Numbered from the stretch's first letter, positions 1 to 10,453 are shown. The stretch is DNA of 64,000 nucleotides from Leptospiraceae bacterium (GCA_026005135.1 BPKM01000008.1:20250-84249); one strand, 5' to 3'. Notes: generated by a model from the letters alone, not told the origin. Made by a program: numbers and translations.

Positions 1-910
1 AAGAAAGATTTTTAAAGAAATCTTTAAAAAATATATAACAGAAAATGAACAAATAGAAAATATAATTAAGGATGTTTTACATAAATATTTAATCGAAGGT
101 CAATTACCTGTTTCTTTTACCAATCCCAATAAAGTTGATGAAAGTATAAAAGAAATATTTTTTAAAATTAAAGAACAATTAGAACAATCAAATGAAGATA
201 CTGGTAAAAAAAAGAATAAAAAATCTAACGATGTAGATCAAAAACTTATATATATATTTAATCAATTAAAAAATTCAGTTCTCTATTTAAAAGAAACTAT
301 TTTGTTAAATCCAAATATTGAGAGTAAGTATTTCGATATAAATAAAGAAATCAATAAAAAAAATCTTATATTAGAAATACCATCTATTATTATAAATGAT
401 TATAAATTTTATGGTAGATTTTATGGAGATTTTATTATTCAAAAAGCAAATAATCAATTTAATAAATGGAAAATCTATCTTTTATCTAATAATTATAATA
501 ATATAGAACTTTATTTATTATTTTTACAGCTTAAACGGATTTTTAACATACAAAATTTAAAAATTATCTCTTTTTATTTTGAAAAAAAATGGAAACTTAA
601 AGAAAAAATTTTTCCAGAGCAACTAATTAATGAAGAAAAATTTAAAAATGAATTTATTAATTTTATTAATAAATATATTATCAATAATGAAAATAGAGAA
701 AACAATATTAAATTTTATCAATATTTCGAAATAGACTTAAAACCTGATCAGGAAAATGAAAATCAAGAAATGAAAGATTTTATGTTCATTTCATATGAAA
801 AACAAATAATAAAAGAATATGATATTGATTCTGATGACGAATTATTATCTTTATGTTATGATGAAATTGCTTATTTAGATTTTAATAATACTAAGAATAT
901 GGAGGATTAA
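1..910 (+). CDS. 3' part of a larger ORF entering from the left edge. Probable RecC-like (exonuclease V gamma) subunit, assigned by position only.
   Basis: Frame 2 is open from base 2 to the TAA at 908-910, so the TTG at 302 in the ORF track is internal. The stop lies 2 nt before the recB start. I recognise no motif; the assignment rests on recC-recB-recD order. Confidence 0.45.
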   Translation, partial: RKIFKEIFKKYITENEQIENIIKDVLHKYLIEGQLPVSFTNPNKVDESIKEIFFKIKEQLEQSNEDTGKKKNKKSNDVDQKLIYIFNQLKNSVLYLKETILLNPNIESKYFDINKEINKKNLILEIPSIIINDYKFYGRFYGDFIIQKANNQFNKWKIYLLSNNYNNIELYLLFLQLKRIFNIQNLKIISFYFEKKWKLKEKIFPEQLINEEKFKNEFINFINKYIINNENRENNIKFYQYFEIDLKPDQENENQEMKDFMFISYEKQIIKEYDIDSDDELLSLCYDEIAYLDFNNTKNMED

Positions 911-912
911 AT

Positions 913-3900
913 ATGATGGCTATGCAATCAGTTGAATCTTTAAAAGATATAAAGCAAATTAATCTTGATAATCATATTTTTATCGAAGCATCTGCTGGAA
1001 CAGGAAAAACCTATACAATTACAAGAATTTATTTAAAATATATTTTAGAAAAAAATATAGATCATAATAAAATTATATTATTAACGTTTACGAATAAGGC
1101 TACCATAGAAATGCTAAATCGTGTTAGAGAATTGATTATAGAAGGAATTGAAAAAAAACAATTAGACTTTATAAAAAATCAAAATCTAAATAATAAGCAA
1201 ATTGATACCTTGCAAAATATACTAAAACATTTTGATCAATTACGAATTTCTACTATACATAGTTTTTGTAAAAGTCTATTAAATGAATTTCCCTATGAAC
1301 TGAATTTACCTTCCAATACAGAAATTATTAATGATAACAAAGAAATTATAAAACAGATTATTATTGATAAATTTTTAAATCCAGATAAAAATCTTAATAA
1401 TATAAATTTAAATAAAATTCTTTTAGAAAAAAATATGGATAAAATAACTAATTACATAGAAAAGTTTATTCAGGAAAGTTCTCGAAGAGAAAATATTGTA
1501 ATCAATTTTATAGATGAACAAATCGAATTAAAAGATATTTTAAATCAAAATTATTCTAATATTAAAAGAGAAGAGTATCTTGAATTATTAAAATTATTTT
1601 ATGAAATTCATGAAAGAGTAAAACAATATAAAAAATTTCATGGTAAATTTACTTATGATGATTTAATTCTAAATTTATATTATGCATTAAAAAATAATAA
1701 ATCATTTAAAAAAAGAATGCAGGAACAATTTAAAATTTGTATTGTAGATGAATTTCAGGATACAGATCCTTATCAATGGGAAATATTTAAAATGATTTTT
1801 ATAGAAAACAATAATAACAATATTGTAGTTGTTGGAGATCCCAAACAGGCAATTTATGGTTTTCGTGGTGCAGATATTTATACTTATATCAATGCAAAAA
1901 AAGAATTAGAAGCATTAAATAATAAAGCTAAATTTTATAAACTTGATACCAATTATCGTTCCACAAAAACATTTATTGAACAAACAAATGAATATTTTAA
2001 AATATGTTTTAATAATAATTTAAATTATTTAGATAAAATAGAATTTTATGATATTTCTTCACCAGAAAATTATAATAACCAGAATGATGCAATTTATACA
2101 AAATATAAACCAGTAAATTTTATTCAATTAGAAAGCGAAGATGCTGATAGTGCAAGAAAAGAATTATCTGAACATATTGTAAGTATTATAAAAGATTTAA
2201 TACAAAATAAAGTAATGATTTATAATAAAGAAAAAATAGAACCAGTGAAATATTCTGATATTGCTATTCTTGTAAGAACAGGAGATGAAGCAAATTATAT
2301 AAAGAATTCTCTTAAGAAAAATAATATTCCTTTTATTGATTATTCAAAAGATAATATTTTTAATTCCTTAGAAGCTTCTGCAATAGAATTATTATTAGAA
2401 TATCTAGCAAATCCACAGGATGCAAAAATAAAAAAGCGATTTATTGTATATTATTTTATAGATATTCCCTATACAAATTTAGATAAAATCGAAGAGAATT
2501 ATTCCTATATACAATCAACAATTTCGGAATGGGTAAATTATTTAGATAAACGGAACTGGTATGAATTATTTTATAAGGTTATTGAAGATACTAAATTATA
2601 TTATAAATTTTTAGCATTACCAGATTACGAAAGAAAAATTACTAATTATGAACATTTAATCGAAATATTAGTAGAAATTGCTACAAAAAATCATTATGGA
2701 CCTTATGAACTTTACGAAGAATTTAAAAATTTAAAAGAAAGTCAAGAGGATATTGATGATTATAATATTCGCTTAGAATCCGAAGAAGATAAAGTTCATA
2801 TTCTAACTATGCATAAATCCAAAGGATTGGAATTTCCAGTAGTATTTTTATCTGGCTGGTTTAATTATAAAGCCCCTTCTGTAGGAGATAGGAATAATTA
2901 TAAATTTTATGATGATTATAATAATATCTGGAATATATGTTTTTTTTATGATAATAATAACGAATATGTTAAAAATTTTATCACAGAAGAAACTTTTTTC
3001 GAAGAATTTCGTTTATTCTATGTTGGCTTTACCAGAGCCCAGAGTTATTTATTTTTACCTAAATATGATATATCCAATATGAAAGATTTTTTATCAAATC
3101 TTGCAGATAAAGAAAAATTTAATATATTAGAAAAAGAATTTTTTGAACAGTTAAAAAAAGAAATCACTTATCCTGAAAAAATCAATTCATTAAATAATAT
3201 AGAAAATAATTCATCAAAAGAAAATGGAATTTCTATAAAAGAAAGAATCCAGAATCTAACACAATTAGAAAAAATTCCCTATCTCGAAAAACGATATATT
3301 TTAAATTCTTATTCTTCTCTAACTAAACAGGAATCTTCTACAATGGACGAAGTAGATTATGACGAAATAGAAGAAATCTCTACTTCCGAAGAATCATCAT
3401 CAAAAGAAAAAATTGAAAAAGCAAAAACCGATTTTGATAAGTATTTAAAACCTGGTGCTAAAACAGGTAATTTTATTCATAAAATATTCGAAAAAATAGA
3501 TTTTATGGATTTTAAAAAAGATATATATAATAAAGAATCTTTATTAAATAAATATAAAAATCTTTTTAATTATTATAATCAACAATATTCTATTTATTTA
3601 GAGAATAAAGAAAAATTAAATCAATTTCTTATCGAATTTCTTTTCGAAATATTAAATCATAAAATCAATAATGAATTTTCTTTATGCGAAATTAATCCAG
3701 AATTTACAAAAAAAGAAATTGGTTTTTTAATTCAGGATATATATAGTATTGATGAGTTTAGCCCTATCTTAAATAATAATTTTTTTACTGGAAATCTCGA
3801 TTTATTTTTCGAACATAATAATAAATATTATTTATTAGATTATAAAACCAGTTTATTAGAAAAATATGATTTTAATTCTTTAAAAGAACATACAGAAAAT

Positions 3901-3975
3901 TATTATAAAATCCAGTATTTATTATATAGTTATGCTTTATATTTATGGTTAAATCAAATTAAAGGCATTCTCTAA
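913..3975 (+). CDS. recB: RecB, exodeoxyribonuclease V beta subunit (UvrD-type helicase plus C-terminal PD-(D/E)xK nuclease). The frame breaks about 45 codons before the expected end.
   Basis: Motifs IFIEASAGTGKTYTI (Walker A), VDEFQDTD, VGDPKQAIYGFRGA, YRS, and nuclease-domain GNLDLFFEHNNKYYLLDYKTS. recD follows. Confidence 0.9.
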   Translation: MMAMQSVESLKDIKQINLDNHIFIEASAGTGKTYTITRIYLKYILEKNIDHNKIILLTFTNKATIEMLNRVRELIIEGIEKKQLDFIKNQNLNNKQIDTLQNILKHFDQLRISTIHSFCKSLLNEFPYELNLPSNTEIINDNKEIIKQIIIDKFLNPDKNLNNINLNKILLEKNMDKITNYIEKFIQESSRRENIVINFIDEQIELKDILNQNYSNIKREEYLELLKLFYEIHERVKQYKKFHGKFTYDDLILNLYYALKNNKSFKKRMQEQFKICIVDEFQDTDPYQWEIFKMIFIENNNNNIVVVGDPKQAIYGFRGADIYTYINAKKELEALNNKAKFYKLDTNYRSTKTFIEQTNEYFKICFNNNLNYLDKIEFYDISSPENYNNQNDAIYTKYKPVNFIQLESEDADSARKELSEHIVSIIKDLIQNKVMIYNKEKIEPVKYSDIAILVRTGDEANYIKNSLKKNNIPFIDYSKDNIFNSLEASAIELLLEYLANPQDAKIKKRFIVYYFIDIPYTNLDKIEENYSYIQSTISEWVNYLDKRNWYELFYKVIEDTKLYYKFLALPDYERKITNYEHLIEILVEIATKNHYGPYELYEEFKNLKESQEDIDDYNIRLESEEDKVHILTMHKSKGLEFPVVFLSGWFNYKAPSVGDRNNYKFYDDYNNIWNICFFYDNNNEYVKNFITEETFFEEFRLFYVGFTRAQSYLFLPKYDISNMKDFLSNLADKEKFNILEKEFFEQLKKEITYPEKINSLNNIENNSSKENGISIKERIQNLTQLEKIPYLEKRYILNSYSSLTKQESSTMDEVDYDEIEEISTSEESSSKEKIEKAKTDFDKYLKPGAKTGNFIHKIFEKIDFMDFKKDIYNKESLLNKYKNLFNYYNQQYSIYLENKEKLNQFLIEFLFEILNHKINNEFSLCEINPEFTKKEIGFLIQDIYSIDEFSPILNNNFFTGNLDLFFEHNNKYYLLDYKTSLLEKYDFNSLKEHTENYYKIQYLLYSYALYLWLNQIKGIL

Positions 3976-4103
3976 AAGAAAAACTTCCCGGTGGTATTAT
4001 TTATTATTATATAAGAGGATATAAAGAATCATCAAAGGGAATTTATTTTAAAGAATTTGATCTATTTGAAAATATACATAAAGAATTAAAATTAATATTA
4101 TAA
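3963..4103 (+). other. recB: Out-of-frame continuation that encodes the missing RecB C-terminus.
   Basis: Frame 3 reads SLKEKLPGGIIYYYIRGYKESSKGIYFKEFDLFENIHKELKLIL*. This matches the conserved GG(V/I)xYxFxRG end of RecB proteins (E. coli GGVIYLFLRG). Confidence 0.7.
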
Positions 4104-4124
4104 CGTTAAAATAGGAGAAATTTT

Positions 4125-6035
4125 ATGATAACAAAACTGGAAATATCAAACCTTATAAAAGAACCTTCTTATTACTATATTTATTTAATAAATGATATTG
4201 ATCAATATTTAAACATAGAATCTAAACTTAAAGAAGAAGAAATAAAAATCTGGAATTTGCTTATTTATTATCTATTATGGTCCATCGAAAAAGGCAACCT
4301 ATGCATTGATTTAAAAAATTCAAAACAACTGGAACAATTTACACAGGAAATATTAAAAGAAGAAAATGAAATTCAATGGGAAAAGACTTCTAAAATATTA
4401 AATAAAATAAAAAAACTATCTAATTTCGATAAAATTTTTTACCTCTATCCAGACTATCCAGAATCTGATAATACCTATGAATTTTTATATTTTAAAAAAC
4501 ATTACGAAGCTCAAAATCTATTAAAAGAAAAAATAAAAATAATTCAAACTATTCAAAACCAAATCGTAATTGATAAAAATACAAAAAATATAATTGAATC
4601 ATATCTTAAAAAAGTAAATAAATTAGACGAAACACAAAAATTAGCTATTATTTTAAGTATTTTACAAAAATTTTTAATTATTTCTGGCGGTCCGGGGACA
4701 GGTAAAACGACTATTGCATCTCATATTATTGGATTACATATAGAATTAGGAATGCCAGCATTTCGCATAGGAATTGCAGCACCAACAGGTAGAGCTGCTT
4801 CTCGATTATACGAAAGCTTAAAATCTAATTTAAATGGTATTATTGATTTAAATCACTTGAATTTAATTGAGCCAAAAACCCTACATCGATTATTGTATTT
4901 TAAACCCTATAAAAATGAATTTTATTATGGAGAAAATAATTATCTTCCTTACGATTTAATTCTTGTAGATGAATCTTCGATGATTGATATTCATTTAATA
5001 AAACAATTATTTTCTGCAATTTCTTTCGAAGAAACAAAATTAGTCTTATTAGGAGATCATAATCAATTGCCTTCTGTTCAGGAAGGAAATACCCTAGCAG
5101 ATTTAAAACCTACAAAAAAAGTCACTCTACCAGAAATAGAAAACTATTTAAAAGAATTTAAAATTAAACCTCCTGAAAATTTTAATCCTTATTTTATTGA
5201 ATTAACAAAATCTTATCGAAGCATTCAAATTATAAAAGAATTGGCTGATAAAATTAAAGAAAATGATATGGGATTAATAGATCAATTAAATCAAAATAAA
5301 GTAAGTTATTCTAAAGATATTTTTAACAAAGATAATCCTATTTTCTGGATAGAAGAAACAGATAAAGAAAAAATAAAAGCCATTATAAAAGATTATATCG
5401 AAATAAAAATCATTAAATCTTCTAATGATTTATTAAAAAAAATCACAAAACAAAGTAAAAAAGAATGGCGCTTAGATTTCCAGGAAACAAATCCTTTGCA
5501 TAAACTTTACGAAATTATTTCTAATCATAAAATTCTTACACCCTTAAAAGTTGGTCCCCTTGGTACAGAATCTATTCATCAGTATTTAATCCACTCTTTA
5601 TATAAAAACCTTAATATTGATCCTGTTAAGGAAGGAATGCCTATTATCATAACACAAAATGATTATTATAATGAGCTGTATAACGGAGATATAGGTATTA
5701 TTCTTAAAGATAATAAAAAAAATTATTATGCCTGTTTTAAAGGAAAAGATCAATATCTTCTTTATTCGTTTATGTCATTAAATTATTATGATTATTCTTA
5801 TGCTATTACAATACATAAAAGCCAGGGAAGTGAATATGAAGAAGTATTATTAATCTTACCAGAGATAGAAGAAAATCAAGCCCATTCTATAATCAATCTT
5901 TATAATAGACAGATTCTTTATACAGCAATTACAAGAGCAAAAAGAAAAATCTATCTTATTTCTTCCGAAGAAACATTGAAAAAAACAATCGAAAACAAAA
6001 TCGAACGTATCTCTGGAATTAAATTATGGGAGTAA
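4125..6035 (+). CDS. recD: RecD, exodeoxyribonuclease V alpha subunit (SF1B helicase).
   Basis: Motifs ISGGPGTGKTT (Walker A), LILVDESSMID, LLGDHNQLPSV, AITIHKSQGSEY. An RBS-like GGAG lies upstream and the gene sits directly after recB. Confidence 0.9.
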   Translation: MITKLEISNLIKEPSYYYIYLINDIDQYLNIESKLKEEEIKIWNLLIYYLLWSIEKGNLCIDLKNSKQLEQFTQEILKEENEIQWEKTSKILNKIKKLSNFDKIFYLYPDYPESDNTYEFLYFKKHYEAQNLLKEKIKIIQTIQNQIVIDKNTKNIIESYLKKVNKLDETQKLAIILSILQKFLIISGGPGTGKTTIASHIIGLHIELGMPAFRIGIAAPTGRAASRLYESLKSNLNGIIDLNHLNLIEPKTLHRLLYFKPYKNEFYYGENNYLPYDLILVDESSMIDIHLIKQLFSAISFEETKLVLLGDHNQLPSVQEGNTLADLKPTKKVTLPEIENYLKEFKIKPPENFNPYFIELTKSYRSIQIIKELADKIKENDMGLIDQLNQNKVSYSKDIFNKDNPIFWIEETDKEKIKAIIKDYIEIKIIKSSNDLLKKITKQSKKEWRLDFQETNPLHKLYEIISNHKILTPLKVGPLGTESIHQYLIHSLYKNLNIDPVKEGMPIIITQNDYYNELYNGDIGIILKDNKKNYYACFKGKDQYLLYSFMSLNYYDYSYAITIHKSQGSEYEEVLLILPEIEENQAHSIINLYNRQILYTAITRAKRKIYLISSEETLKKTIENKIERISGIKLWE

Positions 6036-6039
6036 AGAA

Positions 6040-6067
6040 TTGACAACTTTAGTAATATCGATAAAAT
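6040..6067 (+). promoter_or_regulatory. Sigma70-like promoter candidate for the methyltransferase/defence operon.
   Basis: Perfect TTGACA (6040-6045), a 16-nt spacer, then TAAAAT (6062-6067). It begins 5 nt after the recD stop and about 50 nt upstream of the ATG at 6118. Confidence 0.4.
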
Positions 6068-6117
6068 TTTCATCAAAATTTCCAAAGTATAAATATTTTA
6101 TAAAAAAGGATTATAAT

Positions 6118-8598
6118 ATGACGAAAGAACAAAAATTTTATAATGCATTACGAGATATTTTTATCGGTGCTAAAATAGAAGGTAAAGGTGGTTTTGTAAA
6201 TTTAATGATGATTAAATCAAAATATTACGAAAAAATAGAAGAATTACTTAAAAACGATATCGAAAATGCATTAAAAAAATATCCTTCGTTTCGAGAAGAA
6301 CTTTTTGATAAACTATATTCATTTTTTAGCAGGTATTTTTCGGAAAGTGGTGCAATTTATTTTAATTCTACTCCTTTCCATAATAATGTTTATGAAAAGG
6401 TTTATACCAATGAAAAAGATGTAGTTTTATTCTGGAAAACACAGATGCTCTATTATGTTAAAACAGATAGAATTTTTAGAAGCTTAGAAATAGAATTAGA
6501 TGAATATAAGTTTTATTTTGATGTATCTAATCTGGAACATAAAAAAGCTAACGAAAAAAGAAGTTTAATATATGAACTTAAAGAAATAAATCAGAATGGC
6601 ACAATTATATTTAATGTAATATACTCCGAACGTGGTAGAATTACCAGAACAGATGATATAATAAAAACATTAAAGAAAAATAATATTACAATTACAGAAG
6701 AACAGTTGGAACGTGCATTTCGTACATTCGAAAAACAAAGCGAAGTAGATTTTTTTATTAATAAAAATGCAAAAGCCTTTTTGCAGGAACAATTTAAATT
6801 ATGGAGTTTTCAATACTTCTGGGAAGGAGCAAAAGAATGGAGCCCCGATAGAGTAAATGAATTACAAATATTAAAAGATATTGCTTTTAAAATCATTGAT
6901 TTTATTTCGCAATTCGAAGATGAACTTGTAAAAATCTGGAACAAACCAAAATTCGTAAAAAATAGTAATTATGTGATTACCTTAGATAGAATCAATACTA
7001 TTGAATTAATTGAAAAAATACTTACGCATAAAAAAATACAAGCTCAAATTAACGAATGGAAAGAATTAGGAATTATAGAAGAAAATTTTACAACCGATAA
7101 TGTTTTAGAAAATGATTTAACAGGTAAACGTTTATCTGAAAAATATAAACACTTACCAATAGATACAAAATATTTTAAAGATTTAGAATTAGAAATTTTA
7201 CGATTATTTGATGATTTAGATCAATCCTTAGACGGCTGGCTTATAAAAAGCGAAAACTATCAGGCATTAAATACCATCTTACCGAAATTCAAAGAAAAAG
7301 TGCAGACAATTTATATTGATCCACCGTTTAATTTGGACAGCAGTGACCAATTTTTATACCGCACAAATTACAAAGATGCCAACTGGGCAACATTGCTTGA
7401 AAACCGCTTGCGCATTGCTAAAAATTGGCTGAATGAAAGAGGAAGCATTTTTGTCCGTTGTGATTACAATGGAAATTGGATTGTGAGATGTTTAATGGAT
7501 GAGATTTTTGGAAGGGAGAATTTTAAAAATGAATTAATAATTAGTAGAATAAGTAAACAAGATCCAAAAGTTCAAAAATTCAATACTGCAACAGACTCAT
7601 TATTTTTTTATTCTAATACTGATGCTTTTCAATTCAATCTTTTGTTCAAGCAATTAGCAAAAGCAAAAGCCGAAAGATGGCATGCGATGGATTCGCAAGG
7701 ACAAGGACAAGCACTTTACATTTTTGATTATTTATTTCACCCACCAAGAGGACGACACTGGACATATGGACAAGAGAATATAAAACAAATGGAAAATCAA
7801 AGAAGAATAAGGTTAAAATGTAGAAAATGCGGGTATATTCACATTTCGGGTTCTTGGAAGGGATGCCCAAAGTGTAAAAATAAGGAAGATGTTAAAGTTG
7901 AATATCTGTTAGCTCCAACAGAAATAAAACAGATCGATTCAAATTGGACGGATATTTCTGGTTATACTTCTAATTGGTATTTTAAAACTGAAAATTCTGA
8001 AATCTTACTTAAAAGAGCGATTGAAACATCCTCAAATAAAACCGACATAGTTCTCGATTTCTTCCTCGGCTCAGGTACAACCACAGCAGTAGCCCATAAA
8101 CTTGGCAGGAAATGGATTGGTATTGAAATGGAAGAGCATTTTTACAGCGTGGTCTTACCAAGAATGAAGAAGGTTTTATTTTACGATAAATCAGGCATAT
8201 CTAAGGAAAACGATGTAAAAGAACATTATAATGAAAAAAATGCTGGTGGTTTTTTTAAATACTATGAATTAGAACAATACGAAGAAACACTTGCAAACAC
8301 AGTTTACGAAAATCACGATTTATTTCTTATTGGCAATAAATCCCCTTACGAACAATATGTATTTCTAAAAGACGAAAAGATGCTTAAAGCACTGGAAATA
8401 GATTACGAAAACAATAAAGTAAAAGTGGATTTATCAAAACTTTATGAAAATATAGATATTGCAGAAACACTATCTAATTTAACAGGAAAATGGATAAAGA
8501 AAATAAAAGATGGCGAAGTAGAGTTTGAAGATGGCACAAAAGTTAATACAAAAGATTTGGATTATAAATTAATAAAACCGTTAATATGGTGGGAGTAG
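6118..8598 (+). CDS. Type III Mod-like beta-class N6-adenine/N4-cytosine DNA methyltransferase with a ~400-aa N-terminal extension and a zinc ribbon in the variable region.
   Basis: Motif IV context ENYQALNTILPKFKEKVQTIYIDPPFN. Downstream FGRENF. Motif I is VLDFFLGSGTTTAVAHKLGRKWIGIE. CxxC...CxxC lies at 7819-7875. I prefer ATG 6118 (AAGGA RBS, 7-nt spacer) over TTG 6040, which coincides with the -35 box. Confidence 0.85.
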   Translation: MTKEQKFYNALRDIFIGAKIEGKGGFVNLMMIKSKYYEKIEELLKNDIENALKKYPSFREELFDKLYSFFSRYFSESGAIYFNSTPFHNNVYEKVYTNEKDVVLFWKTQMLYYVKTDRIFRSLEIELDEYKFYFDVSNLEHKKANEKRSLIYELKEINQNGTIIFNVIYSERGRITRTDDIIKTLKKNNITITEEQLERAFRTFEKQSEVDFFINKNAKAFLQEQFKLWSFQYFWEGAKEWSPDRVNELQILKDIAFKIIDFISQFEDELVKIWNKPKFVKNSNYVITLDRINTIELIEKILTHKKIQAQINEWKELGIIEENFTTDNVLENDLTGKRLSEKYKHLPIDTKYFKDLELEILRLFDDLDQSLDGWLIKSENYQALNTILPKFKEKVQTIYIDPPFNLDSSDQFLYRTNYKDANWATLLENRLRIAKNWLNERGSIFVRCDYNGNWIVRCLMDEIFGRENFKNELIISRISKQDPKVQKFNTATDSLFFYSNTDAFQFNLLFKQLAKAKAERWHAMDSQGQGQALYIFDYLFHPPRGRHWTYGQENIKQMENQRRIRLKCRKCGYIHISGSWKGCPKCKNKEDVKVEYLLAPTEIKQIDSNWTDISGYTSNWYFKTENSEILLKRAIETSSNKTDIVLDFFLGSGTTTAVAHKLGRKWIGIEMEEHFYSVVLPRMKKVLFYDKSGISKENDVKEHYNEKNAGGFFKYYELEQYEETLANTVYENHDLFLIGNKSPYEQYVFLKDEKMLKALEIDYENNKVKVDLSKLYENIDIAETLSNLTGKWIKKIKDGEVEFEDGTKVNTKDLDYKLIKPLIWWE

Positions 8599-8604
8599 TT
8601 AGCT

Positions 8605-10284
8605 ATGCCAAAACCATTATTTGATACGAAAACATTAAATTTTTCTGAACTCTTAGGAAATTCAAAAATTTATAAGGTGCCAAGATTTCAAAGAAGTTAT
8701 TCCTGGGATGAATCGAACTGGGAAGAACTATGGCTTGATATTTTAGCATTAAAAAATAAAGAAGAATCTATACATTATCTTGGGACGATTGTACTACAAA
8801 CAGAGGATAATAAAACATTTACCATAATCGATGGTCAACAAAGAATGGTTACATTAAGTATTATTATACTTGGATGTTTAACATTACTTGATAATTTAGT
8901 CCAGAATGGAATTGAACCTGAAAAAAACAAAGAGAGAAAAGAGATATATATAAACCAATATATTGGTTTTAAAGATCCAAAAGCCTTAACATATCAATCG
9001 AAACTTACTTTAAATGATACAGATAAAGATTTATATAATTCTTATCTCGTTCAATTAAAAAATCCTCTTAATATTTCAAAACTTCCCGATTCAAATAAGC
9101 TATTAATTAAAGCTTATAAATACTTTATAGAAAAGCTAAAAAGTATAGGATTACAAGAAAGTGGTGAATCTATTGTAGATTTTATTGAATCAATATTATC
9201 CAATAAACTTATTTTTATACAAATTATTGTTGATGATACTTTATCAGCTTATACTGTATTTGAAACATTAAATGCAAGAGGAGTTGAATTAACAACAACT
9301 GATTTAATAAAAAATTATTTATTCTCATTATTAGATAATGAAATAGATATAAACAATTTACAGCCAATATGGAATAGAATAGTTAATATGGTTAAATATA
9401 GAAAGTTTCCTGTATTTCTTAGATATTTTATTAATTCTCAACAGCAAATTGTTAGAGCAGAAAGATTATTTAAAGAAGTTAAGAATAGAATTGCTAGTAA
9501 AGAAAATGTATTTCATCTTATAGATGAATTAGAACAATATGCAGATGTTTATATTGCTTTAGACGATCCAGATAATGAGTTATGGTATAATAACAATAAT
9601 ATTAAACAAATAATAAATGAATTAATTCTTTTTCAGGTTCAGCAACATAAGTCATTACTTCTTTCTGTTTATTTTAAGATGAATCAATATTTTGAAGATG
9701 TTTTAAGGATTATAAGGGCATTGACTTTTCGATATAATGTAATTGGTAAACGAAATCCCAATGAATTAGAAAGAGTATATAATCGTATAGCAATAAAGAT
9801 ATATAATGGAAAAATTTCAACCCCACAAGACATTCAGCAAGAATTAAAAGATATATATATTGATGACGAAATATTTAAAAATACTTTTAGCACTCAAATA
9901 TTTGATACTAGCAAAACTAAAGAAAAAAAACTGGTTCGTTATATTTTATTATCAATAGAAAATAAAAAATTTAATAAAGATTATCATCTTTTTGATACTA
10001 ATGCAACCATTGAACATATCTTTCCAGAAAATTATTTAAACATAGAAGAGAAAATAGATGAATCCATTATTTATAGATTAGGAAATTTAACACTGATTGA
10101 AGCAAGCTTAAATAGAGAATGTGCAAATAAACCATTTAAAGAGAAAAGAGAGATATATAAAAAGTCTCAATATGAAATTACAAAAGAAGTTTCGCAAAAT
10201 ACAGAATGGGGAGCAAATGAAATTAGAAGCAGACAATTACAATTAGCGACAATTGCAACCTCTATATGGAGATTACCATATTAA
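8605..10284 (+). CDS. GmrSD-like DUF262/DUF1524 protein (ParB-like NTPase N-domain plus His-Me finger-like nuclease C-domain).
   Basis: FQRSYSW and IIDGQQR (8830-8844) match DUF262. C-terminal IEHIFPE ... GNLTLIEASLNRECANKPF matches DUF1524. GGGAG RBS; 6-nt gap after the methyltransferase stop. Confidence 0.8.
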   Translation: MPKPLFDTKTLNFSELLGNSKIYKVPRFQRSYSWDESNWEELWLDILALKNKEESIHYLGTIVLQTEDNKTFTIIDGQQRMVTLSIIILGCLTLLDNLVQNGIEPEKNKERKEIYINQYIGFKDPKALTYQSKLTLNDTDKDLYNSYLVQLKNPLNISKLPDSNKLLIKAYKYFIEKLKSIGLQESGESIVDFIESILSNKLIFIQIIVDDTLSAYTVFETLNARGVELTTTDLIKNYLFSLLDNEIDINNLQPIWNRIVNMVKYRKFPVFLRYFINSQQQIVRAERLFKEVKNRIASKENVFHLIDELEQYADVYIALDDPDNELWYNNNNIKQIINELILFQVQQHKSLLLSVYFKMNQYFEDVLRIIRALTFRYNVIGKRNPNELERVYNRIAIKIYNGKISTPQDIQQELKDIYIDDEIFKNTFSTQIFDTSKTKEKKLVRYILLSIENKKFNKDYHLFDTNATIEHIFPENYLNIEEKIDESIIYRLGNLTLIEASLNRECANKPFKEKREIYKKSQYEITKEVSQNTEWGANEIRSRQLQLATIATSIWRLPY

Positions 10285-10309
10285 AACTTATATATAGGTT
10301 AGGAGTAAA

Positions 10310-10447
10310 ATGAAAATAGAAAATATAAATATTATTATATTAAAGGAATTAGACAATAAGATACCCATACCTAATGTTTGTAAAGAATTTGATTTAAAAA
10401 TATGTGATTTATATCAAATGTTAAGAGATTTAAATTTTAGATTTTAA
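10310..10447 (+). CDS. 45-codon ORF, possible mini-HTH/controller-like peptide. Not in the supplied ORF track.
   Basis: ATG at 10310 with AGGAG (10301-10305) upstream. Translation: MKIENINIIILKELDNKIPIPNVCKEFDLKICDLYQMLRDLNFRF*. The stop is 6 nt before the res ATG. Confidence 0.3.
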   Translation: MKIENINIIILKELDNKIPIPNVCKEFDLKICDLYQMLRDLNFRF

Positions 10448-10453
10448 TAGGAG

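Noticed and set aside
913-6035. A retron-like or other 'guardian of RecBCD' system attached to recBCD.
   Set aside because: There is no reverse transcriptase, no structured ncRNA-like GC-rich segment and no effector of that type nearby. The neighbours are R-M-type genes.
6040-6117. The TTG start at 6040 for the methyltransferase, as given in the ORF track.
   Set aside because: TTGACA at 6040-6045 is more plausibly a -35 box (N16, then TAAAAT). The ATG at 6118 has an AAGGA RBS at proper spacing, and the 26 extra residues carry no recognisable motif.
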